Source: Octopus sinensis (taxonomy: Eukaryota). From it: a DNA stretch of 64,000 nucleotides. The notes beneath the pieces were generated by a model. It did no database searches. It had not been told where the DNA came from and saw nothing but the letters and a program-made list of their open reading frames with translations. This document shows, in pieces, positions 50,251 to 62,516 of the stretch. Every line of letters begins with the position of its first letter. Positions within the stretch are counted from its first letter, which is position 1. Both the position numbers and the translations under genes were made by a program. The stretch is from NCBI RefSeq assembly GCF_006345805.1, contig NC_042999.1, positions 45,508,001-45,572,000 on the forward strand, written 5' to 3'.

Positions 50251-50867
50251 TTAGGGTGAAATGATTTCGGGAGAATGTTTGAAAGGGTTTTAATCCAAGA
50301 AATTTTAATTCTCTAATTCTGTAAAATAATATTTAATTAGTTTAAATCTACACAAATTCATAAAAATAATTTTAAATTCCATTAGACATTTAAAAATACT
50401 ATTAAATTTCATTCAATTTTAAAAAAGGTAAAATCAGACAGAACTTATGGGACGACCTTATATATATATTGTTATATTGTTATGTATATGGTTATATACA
50501 TATATATAGTTATATATATATATGTTTAGTTATATATATATATATATATTCATATATATATTTAGTTTTATATATATATATATATAATAAAATATTAGGG
50601 AATATATCCAAACTTATATATATATATGCGCATGGTAAAATTTATAAAATGAGTGGCGTAAACATACTGTGAGCAGTGGAAATCTCAGTGTTTCTCAGGA
50701 AAATGCAGGCAGGAAAGGAATTAATGAGTAACAAGAGTTGTTTTCTCTCGTCAGAACTTTTCCCTGATAAAAGACTCAGTCCGAAATGGATTTTTCCACT
50801 CTCTATTTTTATTCAATTTTCTTAACTAATACAAGTCTTGCTGATGCAGACACCAGTCACTTTGGAG

Positions 50868-50902
<35 letters not shown>

Positions 50903-51358
50903 TTGTAAATGTATATTTTATAAGTAAATGCTATTATATATATATAATATTATATATGATATATATAACAAGCATTACTTTATAGAAAATTTTCAACAAA
51001 TTATACATTTATAAACACTGACAACAAAATTGTTTATATATAAAAAGTGTAAAAAAATAGAGAAAAAACTTATAAATTTCTTATATCTACTTATAAAATG
51101 CTATTTGATTTAGTGCAAGCCAAAATATATTTGCAGGAGTTTTCTTCAAAAGTATAACTTATCTAAAATTTTGCAATCGTATATGTTTATATTTAGAAGT
51201 CTGCTGTGTTTGTATCGAGTCATTATTGAGAGAGTGTTGCGTTGCATATTTGTGAGAAGCGAATAAATCTAACAGAAAATATAGACAGACATTTTCATTT
51301 ATTTATTTATGTTTTTTTGTTTTGTTTTGTTTTGTTACAATCTGCCATTTCTGTCCAG

Positions 51359-51391
51359 ATAAATTGTTATAAAGGAGCAGACACATATACA
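51359..51391 (+). CDS. Candidate 33-nt in-frame microexon (INCYKGADTYT)
   Basis: A long U-rich tract, acceptor ttctgtccag and donor ACA|gtaagg. The length is a multiple of 3 and only frame 0 is open. Confidence 0.4.
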
Positions 51392-51538
51392 GTAAGGTGA
51401 ATATTGGCAATGTATAATTTCTATTGCACCAAAATCTTCATCTTGACTTTGTTACTGTGACGCAGAGGAAATTACAATAATGTTGCTGACATTCTCTCTC
51501 TCTTCCACTTGTTTATGCATACACACACACACACACAC

Positions 51539-52144
51539 ACGATCGGGTGCTGAAAATTTCCTGGCTTTTGGTGTATCATGAAAAGCCTGTTTGGAGACAA
51601 AACGTTCCAAGTTCTTTTACAGGGCTTAGTATAACTGAAACGACCATCATGTGAATCTGAGTGGGTAATATGTTAAATGTAATCATAATTAGCAGTATTG
51701 CCTGGCATTGCTTGGGTTTGTTTCGACCCTTTAGAATTGGAATTTTTGAAAAGTAGAAATTTTGCATTATGTAGCTTGTTATTCTTGTTAAGTGAACATT
51801 TTTCTGGTTGAAATACACCGAAAAATGGCAACACAGCAGTCAAAAAAATTGTAAAAAATATGGATTTTCATAGAAAAAAAACACCTTTTTGATGTAAATA
51901 TTTTTTGGTGTTAACATGGTCCGATTTGAAATTTTTGTTCTACGGATGGAAGAGCAAGCCTTCTTCTATCATACTCTCAATTTTGGTTGACTTGCACCGC
52001 AGGGTCTCGGAGGAGATAGTGTTAGTTGAAGGCTACCGAACCTGCCATACACAAACAACTTCAGCTTTATATATATGTAGAGATTAACTGATCTGCCTGT
52101 ATTTTCTTTTACCTTAAGCCTGGAACTTTTCAGCACCCATTCGT
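51539..52144. mobile_element. Mariner-derived MITE containing a nested Helitron
   Basis: The TIRs are ACGATCGGGTGCTGAAAATTTCC and GGAACTTTTCAGCACCCATTCGT. The interior matches 2813-3034 once 51689-52083 is removed. Confidence 0.85.
51689..52083 (-). mobile_element. Non-autonomous Helitron inserted at an A|T site
   Basis: It splits AATCATAA|TTAACTGA with no duplication. Confidence 0.88.
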
Positions 52145-52539
52145 ACACATACATGCTCATGCATGTTTGACAGCTTCTTATTGATAGAATAATTAAATAC
52201 CTATCAGTCCTACACTTACTACCTTACAAGCTAAATATATAATTTTAGTCTTTGACTCCTTCCTTATTGTTGACTTATAACACATGCAGTTGTCTTGCAT
52301 CTATCTCTACTGTCCAGTGTATTTTGGTATGTTTAGCAGTTTATTGGTGACCTAAATATAGAAGAGTTGTTATCCTTTACTTGTTTTAGTAATTTGGGTT
52401 GCATCTATGCTGGGACACTCCTTTTGTTTTTTTTAAAATTCTAGTTGGTACTTAATCTGTCAGTTTCTTTTGCTGAAACGTTAAATTACATGGACGTAAA
52501 CAAACCAACATCAGTTGTCAAGTGGACCAACTCAGAAAC

Positions 52540-53152
52540 GTGGGGTAATGTCCTATTTTAACGTTGTGAATTATTTGCCCTATCAAAATTAAAATATAAA
52601 GTTAAAAATACATACAAAATATTAAATTAAAAAAAGTTATCAACTTTTAAATTTTTATGTAGATAATGGTATGCAAGTTTAAAAAAAAATGAAAATTCAA
52701 ACAAATTATTGCCAATTCTTCAACTAATAATGCAGGATTTTCTTCAAGTAATGTCTCAAGGAGCTTATAATTAAACTCAAGTGGACGTCCTGTTTGATCT
52801 TCATCTTCAAGGCTGAAATCTCCACTTCTGAATTTTGCAAACCATCTTCTGCAAGTTCTTTCATTCTAGAATTATTTTCCATAAACTGAGTGTATGTATT
52901 GAGTTGCTTCAGCTGCAGAGTTTCCTTTTTTTGTACTCATAAAGCATTATGTGCCTTAAATGCGCTTTCGATACTTCCATGTTTGAAAGAGCTTTAATCA
53001 AAGAAATTTTAATTCTATAAAACAATATTTAATTAAATGTACACAAATGCACAAAAATATTTTTTAATTCCATTAGACAGTCTAAAATACTATTAAATTT
53101 CATTCAGTTTCAAAAAGGTAAAATCGGACGGAACTTATGGGATGACCTGATA
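52540..53152 (-). mobile_element. Internally deleted mariner with an N-terminal HTH remnant; its terminal ~200 bp is also present at ~50250-50462
   Basis: MEVSKAHLRHIMLYEY...RRWFAKFRSGDFSLEDEDQTGRP. The terminus is TA-TCAGGTCATCCCATAAGTTCC. Confidence 0.85.
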
Positions 53153-53633
53153 TTTTGAAGTTTTTTATATATTTATTTTATTGCATTTGTTTTAATGGCA
53201 CAAATAATTTCCACCATTAAAATAGATTACCAAAATGTAGACACAAAGACACACACACATACACACACATAACAGGCTTCCACACAGTTTTCATATACCA
53301 AATTCACTTACAAAGGCATTGGTCAGTCCACATGTGCTGCAAGGTGGGACTGAACCCGAAATCATAGGGTTGCAAAGTGAGCCTCTTAACCACATATCCA
53401 TACCTAAATGTATGAACATGCTATGCATGTTATAACCTTAAAAAGTTGGATGAGAACAGTGGTCCTTGGGTTATGCTTTTCATTCAAACACTGGTTTCCA
53501 AGTAAATAAAAAAAGCATATATGATTTCAAAGTTATGCTTTTGAAGAATCTTGTAGATACGCTTAATATTGGATGAAATCAAATAGCATTTAATAGGTGT
53601 TATGAGTATTGTAAATTTATATATATTTTTTAT

Positions 53634-54048
53634 CTTTTACTTGTTTCAGTCATTAGACTGCAGCCATGCTGGGTCACAGATTTGAAGGGTTTAGCTGAAC
53701 AAATTGACCCCAGTACTTATTTGGGGTTTTTTCCCCCTTAAAACCCAGTACTTATTCTGTCAATTCATTTTGCTGAACTGCTAAGTTAAATGGATGTAAA
53801 CAAAACAATAATGTTTGTCAAGCAGTTGTGGGGGACAAACACAAACTCAAAGTCACACGCGCATAAATATATACATACATTTGTATGATGAGCTTCTTCC
53901 AGTTTCTCTTTACCAAATATACTCATTAAGGCTTTGTAGGCCTGGGGCTATAGTAGAAGAGACTTGCCCAAGGTGCTGTGTTGTGGGACTGAACTTGGAT
54001 CCATGTGGCTGGGAAGTGAAATTCTCACCACACAGTCACACCTATGTC
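53634..54048 (-). mobile_element. SINE family A, diverged
   Basis: Both halves are recognisable. Confidence 0.8.
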
Positions 54049-55539
54049 TATAAGCCATATCTTTACTAATATATCTGCTTTTTTGTTGGTTGTGTTTATA
54101 ATTATATCATTTACCTAAGATTTTCTACAAAGCAGCATTTGTTATTTGTCCGTTTGTTTTACATCTGTTTTTCTATGCTGGTATAGGTTAGAGGGGTGAT
54201 TATTTGGAGCAGTATTTTTACAACTCGATGTTTCTTCTTGTCACCAAGGCTTTCTTGATGTACAACTAATTCCTGTACCTTGAAAGCATAGAGCTATAGG
54301 ACATTTTTTTTTTTTGCTCAGATGAACTCTTTTGTGTATGGCAACATTTATGCATGTGTATGCATGCATACACACATACACATGCACGCACACATATGTC
54401 AGGTTTCTTTGCTGTTCATCATCATCATCATCATCCACTTTTCTATGCTTGCATGGGTTGAGCAGAATTTGTCAAAGATGGATTTTCTACAGTTGAATGT
54501 TGTTGCTGTCACCAACTCCTGTCAACCCTCTCTTATTTTCAAGTAGGGCAATATTCCCCATGACCAGACATATTTTCATGGAAGATTTAAAAGAAGGGAT
54601 TCCATTTGCATGATGGAGACATTTGCTTTACCACTATCGCATAAAGACAACACAAAGAAACAGTAATACACACACACATGCACACACACACACACACACA
54701 TGCGCGCACATATTTACAATGGGCTTCTTTCAGTTTCTATTTATCAATTTCACCCACAAGGCATTGGTTGGCCCAAGGGTAGAGTAGAATACACTTGTCC
54801 AAGGTGCTATTCAGTGGGATTGAACCTATGCCCATGTGGTCTCAAAGCTAACTTTTAACCAGACAGACATTCCTACCATTGTCATGCAATATACAAAGCA
54901 AATACATGTACTCTACATAGAATTGGCAACTTCAAAGATAGTTTACTTCACTAGTATTTTGTATTGTTCCTTAATATCATAGTCAAAAACAGAATGAAAT
55001 GCCTTGGTGATGTCAGTGGTTGCTAGGATAATCAAAACAGGCTTCTCTTTAGATGTTGTATATGTATACCATTCTTTGTGTAAGGTTTATTAATTGTGTA
55101 GCAGTTGAAAGAACTGACCTGGATTCATTTTTCATATTGAACTGAGGAATGTGTGAGTTCGTTTAGGAGTTTTCAGTTTGCAGGGGTGTTTAGTGGGTTT
55201 ATATGATACTGTTTAAGTTGGAGTCAATGAAAGTGATGAATGTATGAGATGGTGTGAGCTGTTTAGGATTTTTCAGTTTGCCCAAGAGAGTGGTGAATTT
55301 GTATGATACTGTTTTAGCTGGAGTCGGTGAGGAAATCTTGATGTCATTGGCTTCCAATGTTTCTCTGTCCTTGTCATCTCATTTGCATATACTTTAACAC
55401 CTTTGTTTTACTCCACTAAAAGAAGTATAAGTTCCAAAGAAAAGCTCACATCACCCTTATAGTTCATGAAACACAGAGTATTATAACACTGTGGTTGGAA
55501 ACTCCTGCTCTACACTGTTGCATGATCTTTTAGAATTAA

Positions 55540-55812
55540 CAACCAAAACACATGACCATATATACACACACACTTTGCTCCACACAAGGACACATATGGA
55601 GACATGGGTCCACACATATAGAGATGCACATCCATACATACAAACATTGTACATAGTTGCAAATCACACACACAGACATGCACACACAAGGAGACAGAGA
55701 AGCATACATATACAAACACACGCTCACACACACACATACATAGGAAATACACAAACACGGACATACAAGCACATGAATATGCAGGATACATACATACAGA
55801 TGCACACACACA

Positions 55813-55862
<50 letters not shown>

Positions 55863-55955
55863 TGCATGCATACATACACACATACATACGCACATGCATG
55901 CATGCATAGGCACAAACACACACTGACCCACACGCATGCACACAAACAAACAAAA
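55540..55955. repeat. Degenerate (CA)-rich low-complexity tract
   Basis: Direct reading; this tract is the source of several spurious ORFs. Confidence 0.9.
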
Positions 55956-56364
55956 AGGAATGCAGTGTAAATAATGGACAGAGTCAAGACTATTGAAAAG
56001 GTTACAAGATGTGACGAACATTTTAGGAAAATAGAAATAAGAAATAAGTGAAAATTTTACCGGTGGGTGTGTTAAATTATAAGGCACAAAAAGAAAATGA
56101 CTCTCCCCAAACACAACAGAATATGTTTCAACACACGGACTCATATAAAGAAGATTGCAAACCAGATCCAAAAACGAAACCAAATAATTCTTAAATCATA
56201 TCTTGCCTTCTTAAAAACAAAATTTTTAAAAAGGCAAAGATCATCATAATCAATATCACCATATGTCTGATTTTCCATGCTGGCATGGTTTGGACTGGAT
56301 AATACTGCACATCACATTATAAAAGAGGCACGCGAAAAAAATAATCCAGACTTACTTAAACATA

Positions 56365-56843
56365 GGTGTTGGAGTGGCGGTGTGGTAAGTAGCTTGCTTA
56401 CCAACCACATGGTTCCGGGTTCAGTCCCATCTACTATAGCCTCAAGCCGACCAAAGCCTTGTGAGTGGATTTGGTAGATGGAAATGGAAAGAAGCCTGTC
56501 ATATATATATATATATATATATATATCTATGTATGTGTATGTATATGTATGTATGTGTATGTATATGTATGTATGTGTATGTATATATATATATGTATGT
56601 ATGTGTATGTATATATATGTATGTATGTGTGTGTATATGTTTGTGCATCTGTGTTTGTCCCCCCAACATCGCTTGACAACCGATGCTGGTGTGTTTACGT
56701 CCCCGTAACTTAGCGGTTTGGCAAAAGAGACCGATAGAATAAATACTAGGCTTCCAAAGATTAAGTCCTGGGTTCGATTTGCTCGACTAAAGGCAGTGCT
56801 CCAGCATGGCTGCAGTCAAATGACTGAAACAAGTAAAAGAGTA
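56365..56843 (+). mobile_element. SINE family A with a long internal microsatellite
   Basis: Head, ~140-bp (TA/TGTA) hinge, right half and tail. Confidence 0.92.
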
Positions 56844-56972
56844 TACCTTGAATTGCAGAAAACCAGAAATCCTGCTATTATGATTGTATGAAGGTCCCTA
56901 ATTTTAACAGTAATCTTACTGCACATCGTACAACAGTAATAAAAATAAATGTTACACCAAAGTACAAACATC

Positions 56973-57040
56973 TTACATAATACACAGCATGGAAATAAGC
57001 AAAGCTGCCATTGTACTCCATATTGCCACAGAATAAACCA
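56973..57040 (-). CDS. Candidate terminal exon encoding a hydrophobic tail (LVYSVAIWSTMAALLISMLCIM*)
   Basis: In frame with the phase-1 donor at 57317 if the AG at 57042-57041 is used. A competing upstream AG at 57056-57055 would give YCNV*. Confidence 0.3.
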
Positions 57041-57317
57041 CTAAACATTACAGTCTAAAAAAACACTCAACTAAAAACTAAATAACTTTGTATCACTCAT
57101 GATATTCATATTGCAGTATGGAAAATGATGGGCTCTTTCAAATTCCGAACTACACCATGATAAAACAGGGCAAGCTAACCATGCTATAGGCTCCTTATCT
57201 CGAATATAGATATTACAAAAAGCACTTGAATACTAACAGGATGTGACAGCACACTTGAAATGCAAGCTTTTAAAATAAAAACTATGCTTACAAAATGTGT
57301 TAATATGATACACATAC

Positions 57318-57486
57318 ATTTATCTACATCGCCGCTTTCTCCACCACCGGGGTTTGTGTTGCTGTTGCCATGACTGCTGCTACTACTACCAAATCCCATA
57401 TGTAGCCCACCTTGCTGTGTAACACAGCTTTCCAAAAATATATCCCCCCAAAATAAAACTCAGATTGAACAATTGAAATAGCTAAT
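57318..57486 (-). CDS. Candidate exon; coding from the ATG at 57399 (MGFGSSSSSHGNSNTNPGGGESGDVDK)
   Basis: A very long polypyrimidine tract ending cttcag and donor AAT|gtatgt. The sequence is non-repetitive, GC-elevated and CpG-containing. The frame upstream of the ATG is closed by TGA. Confidence 0.45.
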
Positions 57487-57619
57487 CTGAAGAAGAAAAA
57501 AAGAAAAGAAAAAAAGAATGAGAGAAAAAAAATATAAAAAAAGGGGAGCCACAGGGGACATCCATAAATATGACATGCACAACAGATACAAAACGCAACA
57601 GTAGGCAATGAAACAAAGA

Positions 57620-57651
<32 letters not shown>

Positions 57652-58283
57652 TAATAATAATAATTTCAAATTTTGCCACAAGGGCAGCAAATTGGGGAGA
57701 GGGGATGAATTGATTACATTGACCCCAGTATTCAACTGGTTCTTAATTTATTAACCCCTAAAGGATGAAAGGCAAAGTTAACCTTGGAATAAAAAAAAAT
57801 AATAATATTAGTAGTAGTAGTAGTAGTAATAATAACAATAATTGTTTCAAATTGTGGCATGAAATCCAGCAATTTTAAGGGAAGGAGTTACTTGATTACA
57901 TCAACCCCAGTACTTGACTGATACTATATTTGAAATTAGAACATTAAGATCTGTATTATTGTCGTTATTATTAGGCAGTGCTACTGGTTTGTGATAAACT
58001 CCACAGGCATGGATGTGTTGTCAGATGAGCTTGTCCAAGGTGTGTGTAGAGTGATGAAACTTGTTCAGTGTCCAGGCATTGCTGACTTGTGGGGGTTATG
58101 TTGAACAACTGCTGTCTTGTGTGGAACAGATCTGTCTGTCGGTTGAGTCTGTAGTAATGATCACACTGCTACCCTCCTTCAATTGGACAGGCAAGGCAGT
58201 TTTCTTTTGCCTGGTGGCTGTGGTGAAAGAGGTTGTTTGGTGGACAAAACTGCAAGACATGAAGACAAGTACATTCCTCTTTG

Positions 58284-58590
58284 GTGTCTTCTACTATAGC
58301 CTCGGGCTGACCAAAGCCTTTTGAGTAGATTTGGTAGATGGAAACTGAAAGAAGCCCGTCGTATATATATGTATATATATGTGTATGTGTGTTTGTTCCC
58401 CCAACATCGCTTGACAACCGATGCTGGAGTGTTTATGTCCCCGTAACTTAGCGGTTCGGCAAAAGAGACCGCTAGAATAAGTACTAGGCTTCCAAAAAAT
58501 AAGTCCTGGGGTCGATTTGCTCGACTAAAGGCAGTGCTCCAGCATGGCCACAGTCAAATGACTGAAACAAGTAAAAGAGTAAAAAGAGTA
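58284..58590 (+). mobile_element. SINE family A, 5'-truncated
   Basis: High similarity to the 9212 and 56365 copies. Confidence 0.9.
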
Positions 58591-58609
58591 ATGAGTATAG
58601 TAATGGTTT

Positions 58610-58815
58610 CAAATTATGGCACAGGTCTAGTTTTTGAGGGAAGGGGACGTCGATTACGTTGACCCTAGTACTTCACTGGTACTTATTTTATCAGCTCTGG
58701 AAAGATGAAAGGCAGAGTTGACCTTAGCAGAATTTGAACTCGGAACACGAAAATGGATGAAATGCTGTAAAGCATTTTGTTTGGCATGCTAACGATTTTG
58801 CTAGCTTGTTACCTT
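58610..58815 (-). mobile_element. SINE family B variant
   Basis: GATGAAAGGCAGAGTTGACC...ATTTGAACTC block. Confidence 0.75.
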
Positions 58816-59709
58816 GTTAGTAATATTAATAATAACAGTAATAATAAACAAATGCTGGAAGATATTTGTATCCACCTTAATCAAATGAACAAGAAATAAA
58901 ACAAAACAAAACAAAGAAGACAATTTTTAAAACTCTCTAGCATGTAATTAGCAACATCGATGACTCTAAGAACAACAAACACCACAATACACATTGCCAT
59001 AGCAACTTCACGTAACATACCAACACTACAATAGTAAGCAAACTCCCTTATCAGATACTTCACTGGCAACTGTTCACCGCACCACCCAGCAAACTTCAAA
59101 ATACACACCTTTCAAGTGGAGCATGTAATTTATATGTGATGGCTTGGCTATTTTGTAATTTTGTTGTGATTTGTATTAAGGAGATTGGGATAACAGACAG
59201 AGCTGACATATAGTAAAAGTTAATGTATCTTTATTCTTGATATTGACTTCTTACAGGAAATTTTAGCACTGCTGCTGCTGCTGATAATTGGATAACCTCA
59301 ATCTCTTTGAAAGGATCTTACTGCTTTATGCATGTAAATATATGTATGAGTGTATGTATGTGTGTGTATATGTATATTGTTTATACGTTCACCTAGCATT
59401 CATTGACTTGGAGAGCATCATGCTCTGTAGTCCTGGCAATCACTAAGAAAATACAGTAAAAGCCAAGTAAATGATGTACAGAGATGCTGTCTGCTAGGTG
59501 TCAATAAGTTCAGCAAGGAATCTATCATGCAAGTAGCTGTCCTTCAGGGGTCAGTTCTAAGATCTCTCCATATTACAATTAGCCAAACCATAACAAAAGA
59601 GTTTAGGACTTGTTGTCTATGCCAATGACCATGTTATAACAGAATCTGTCAAAGAATTAAAGAAAAAATTCCTGATATGGAAGCAAAGCCTAATATGATG
59701 AGGCCTAAG

Positions 59710-60136
59710 CAGGGCCAGATTAAAATCCATCGAGACCCTAAGCACTTAAAAGATTTTGGTGACCCCCATAAAAGAATATGTAATTCAAAATATAGACAAT
59801 AACAAACCATAACATAAAATTTTATGTTTCAAAACGAAACAAAACAGTAAGAGGGAAAATAATGTTTATTTTTGTATACTTCCACTTTATTTATATTTGA
59901 ATAGTTTCCTCCTACTTTTTTAAATTGCAAAGTCTTTGATCAGATCCTCAAAGTTAACCTTAGGTAATACACCTGCATCTATATTTAGTAGAGATAAAGG
60001 CATCAAGAATATTGTTATAGTAAGTTTAAAGTGATTTCTTTTGTACTATAAACCATTTACCATTTCTGTGGTGCACCCTCCTTCCCTTGATGCCCTAAGC
60101 ATGTGCTTATTTTGCTTAATGGTTAATCCAGCACTA
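59710..60136. mobile_element. hAT-type MITE (427 bp)
   Basis: The TIRs are CAGGGCCAGATTAA and TTAATCCAGCACTA, with an exact 8-bp TSD GGCCTAAG. Confidence 0.85.
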
Positions 60137-60289
60137 GGCCTAAGCTAACCTAGGAAAATCAAAAGTTTTAGTTTGCATGAAAGTAGGCAGGACAGTATTC
60201 TCATCATGGGAGTGGCTACGTTTGATATGCAGAAAAGAAGTAGGTAGGAATTCTGTATCAAATGTAAAGTGGGAGCTCTTCAGATGATG

Positions 60290-61180
60290 TGAGGTCACAA
60301 ATGGGTTGCTAGAAAAGATAGGTTTCGTTTGTAGCAGACATACAGGAGTAGTTACTGGTAGGAGTACATATGAAAGAAATTCTTTCAAAAGGTTGGAAGG
60401 CTCCTTAGAGGTAGTTGATAGCTTTTGTTATGTAGGTGATCTAATAAACACCAGAAGTGGCTGTTCAAAAAGCATAGCAGCCTGGGTAAGGATGAAAGGG
60501 CAAAAGTCCTGAGAGCTATTACTGCTGCTGGTAATAAAGGGCTTGTCCCACAGAATAAAGGGCAGATTAAGGGCACAGAGTAAGGTGGCAAGTTGGCAGA
60601 AGCGTTAACACACCAGGCAAAATGCTTCGCGGTATTTTGTCTGCTGCTACATTCTGAGGCCAAATTTCACCGAGGTCAACTTTACCTTTCATCCTTTGGG
60701 GTCGATTAAATGAGTACCAGTTATACACTGGTGTTGATATAAGCGACTTAATCCGTTTGTCTGTCCTTGTTTGTCCCCTCTGTGTGTAGCCCCTTGTGGG
60801 CAGTAAAGAAATAAGAATAAAGGGCAGGTTGTATGATGTCTGTGCATGATGTGTGATGTTGCATGGTAGTAAACCATGTGAATTGAATGTGGCAGGTGTG
60901 TGAAAGCTGGGGAAGGACTGAGGTAAGTATGGTCTTCTGTGTGCATAATCAACAGACTACTAATGTACTGAGGGGAAAACTGGTTTTAAGAGGGATCAGA
61001 TATAGGGAACCAAGAGATATGACCAAACTGTAAATGGAGATGTGATGCATTTAGAGGATGCAAGCTGGGTAGAGAAGTACCCAGTAATTCAATCAGAAGG
61101 AATCTGTAGAAGAAGACCAATGTGGACTTGGGAAGAAATGGTAGGGAGATGATGGAGGTGTAGAATTAATGGCAAAATGC
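60290..61180 (+). pseudogene. Degraded RTE ORF2 interrupted by a SINE B
   Basis: LEVVDSFCYVGDLI..., LLVIKGLSHRIKGR | SINE | LYDV...MLHG, with stops and frameshifts. Confidence 0.8.
60566..60813 (+). mobile_element. SINE family B, full length
   Basis: An exact 14-bp TSD AGAATAAAGGGCAG at 60552-60565 and 60814-60827. Confidence 0.92.
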
Positions 61181-61292
61181 TGTGCTGGAGAAGAATTATG
61201 CAACTATGGCAAAATGAAAGTAAAATTATAAGGATAATGTACTTTTACACAAAACTATCAAGAAAAAAAATATTAAACATACTCATAATTAA

Positions 61293-61513
61293 CCCTTTAG
61301 CATTTAAACCGGCCATATCTGGCCAAAAGTATTCTGCCTGTTTTATGTTCAAACTGGCTAGATCTGGTCTCTCACACCAGCCCTGCAATATCGTTTTAAA
61401 AATTAACAGCTACCTCATCAAAATCTCATAGCTACAAGATAATGCATGATTAGTTCAAAACAATGTAGATAAAAAAGGATTAATTTTGGTAGAATAATGT
61501 GAACACTAAAGGG
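61293..61513 (+). mobile_element. piggyBac-type MITE (221 bp), best-preserved copy
   Basis: TTAA-CCCTTTAG ... CTAAAGGG-TTAA. Confidence 0.88.
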
Positions 61514-62476
61514 TTAAAATAGAATTTAGAGCATTTTTTCGAATAATTCTCACATATTCTTAATCTAAATGGCTGAAATACAATGACTGTTTGGGAGGTC
61601 AAAGTTGAGGAACATTTCATTGATTCATGTGATTTATTTGAATAGTTGATGAAACCTCTTATTTATGGAAACATTAGGTAGCCATGTGTCATTATGTGGG
61701 AAGTTGACAGTACACATGCTGTTTTCAACAAATGTTTCTGTATGTTCTTGGTACCAGCAAGCAATAGTTATGGGGAAAATGCATGGCGAAATAAATCTTG
61801 AAGTCTCAAATTATGTGTTCTGCCACAACCTGATATCAATGCTTGGTCACCTTAGAAAGAAATTCAAATGTAAATTACTAAAATTGAAAGCAATTCGCTT
61901 CTAGTTTTTCACAAATGGCAGTTGTTGCTGAATGAGATAAAATGGTTGTTATTTGGTATTAGAAGCATAGGTGATATTACGAGAAAGAGATTTTGTGCTG
62001 TATGGTTTGATCAGAGGTAGCCCATAATAAGAATGGAAAGGAATTTGATCAGATCAGCTCTAATAATGCTAATCTCTATTGTTAACATAGAAGCATGAAT
62101 GTAATGATGATGTTAAGCCGACCTACACATTTAATCTAAGTAAGATTGTTAAACTGTTTCTGGTATTTTCTTCATTTTCTTCATTTTCTTCAGCATAAGC
62201 TATTGTGTAATACAGTTATATTGATAACTATTATTCTGTAAGATGCTCTGAGATAATTAGAATAAGATACCTGACTTGAGAATATAATATAGCATGAGCT
62301 CAACAAAGGGGATGGTAATATGTGAGATATTTTCTGTGTATTGTTTAGATGAATAGTATATCTCTTGGTGTTTAGACTATTTAGATTCAAGGACATTACG
62401 TATATATATGTACATGTAAATATATATATATACACACTGACACACACACACACATTCATGTACAGATATCTATCTA

Positions 62477-62516
<40 letters not shown>

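Noticed and set aside
55491-56183. Long His/Thr- and Cys/Val-rich ORFs, and similar ones at 34.8-36.1, 45.9-46.3 and 49.8-50.2 kb
   Set aside because: They are translations of (CA)/(TG)/(TA)/(TATC) microsatellites.
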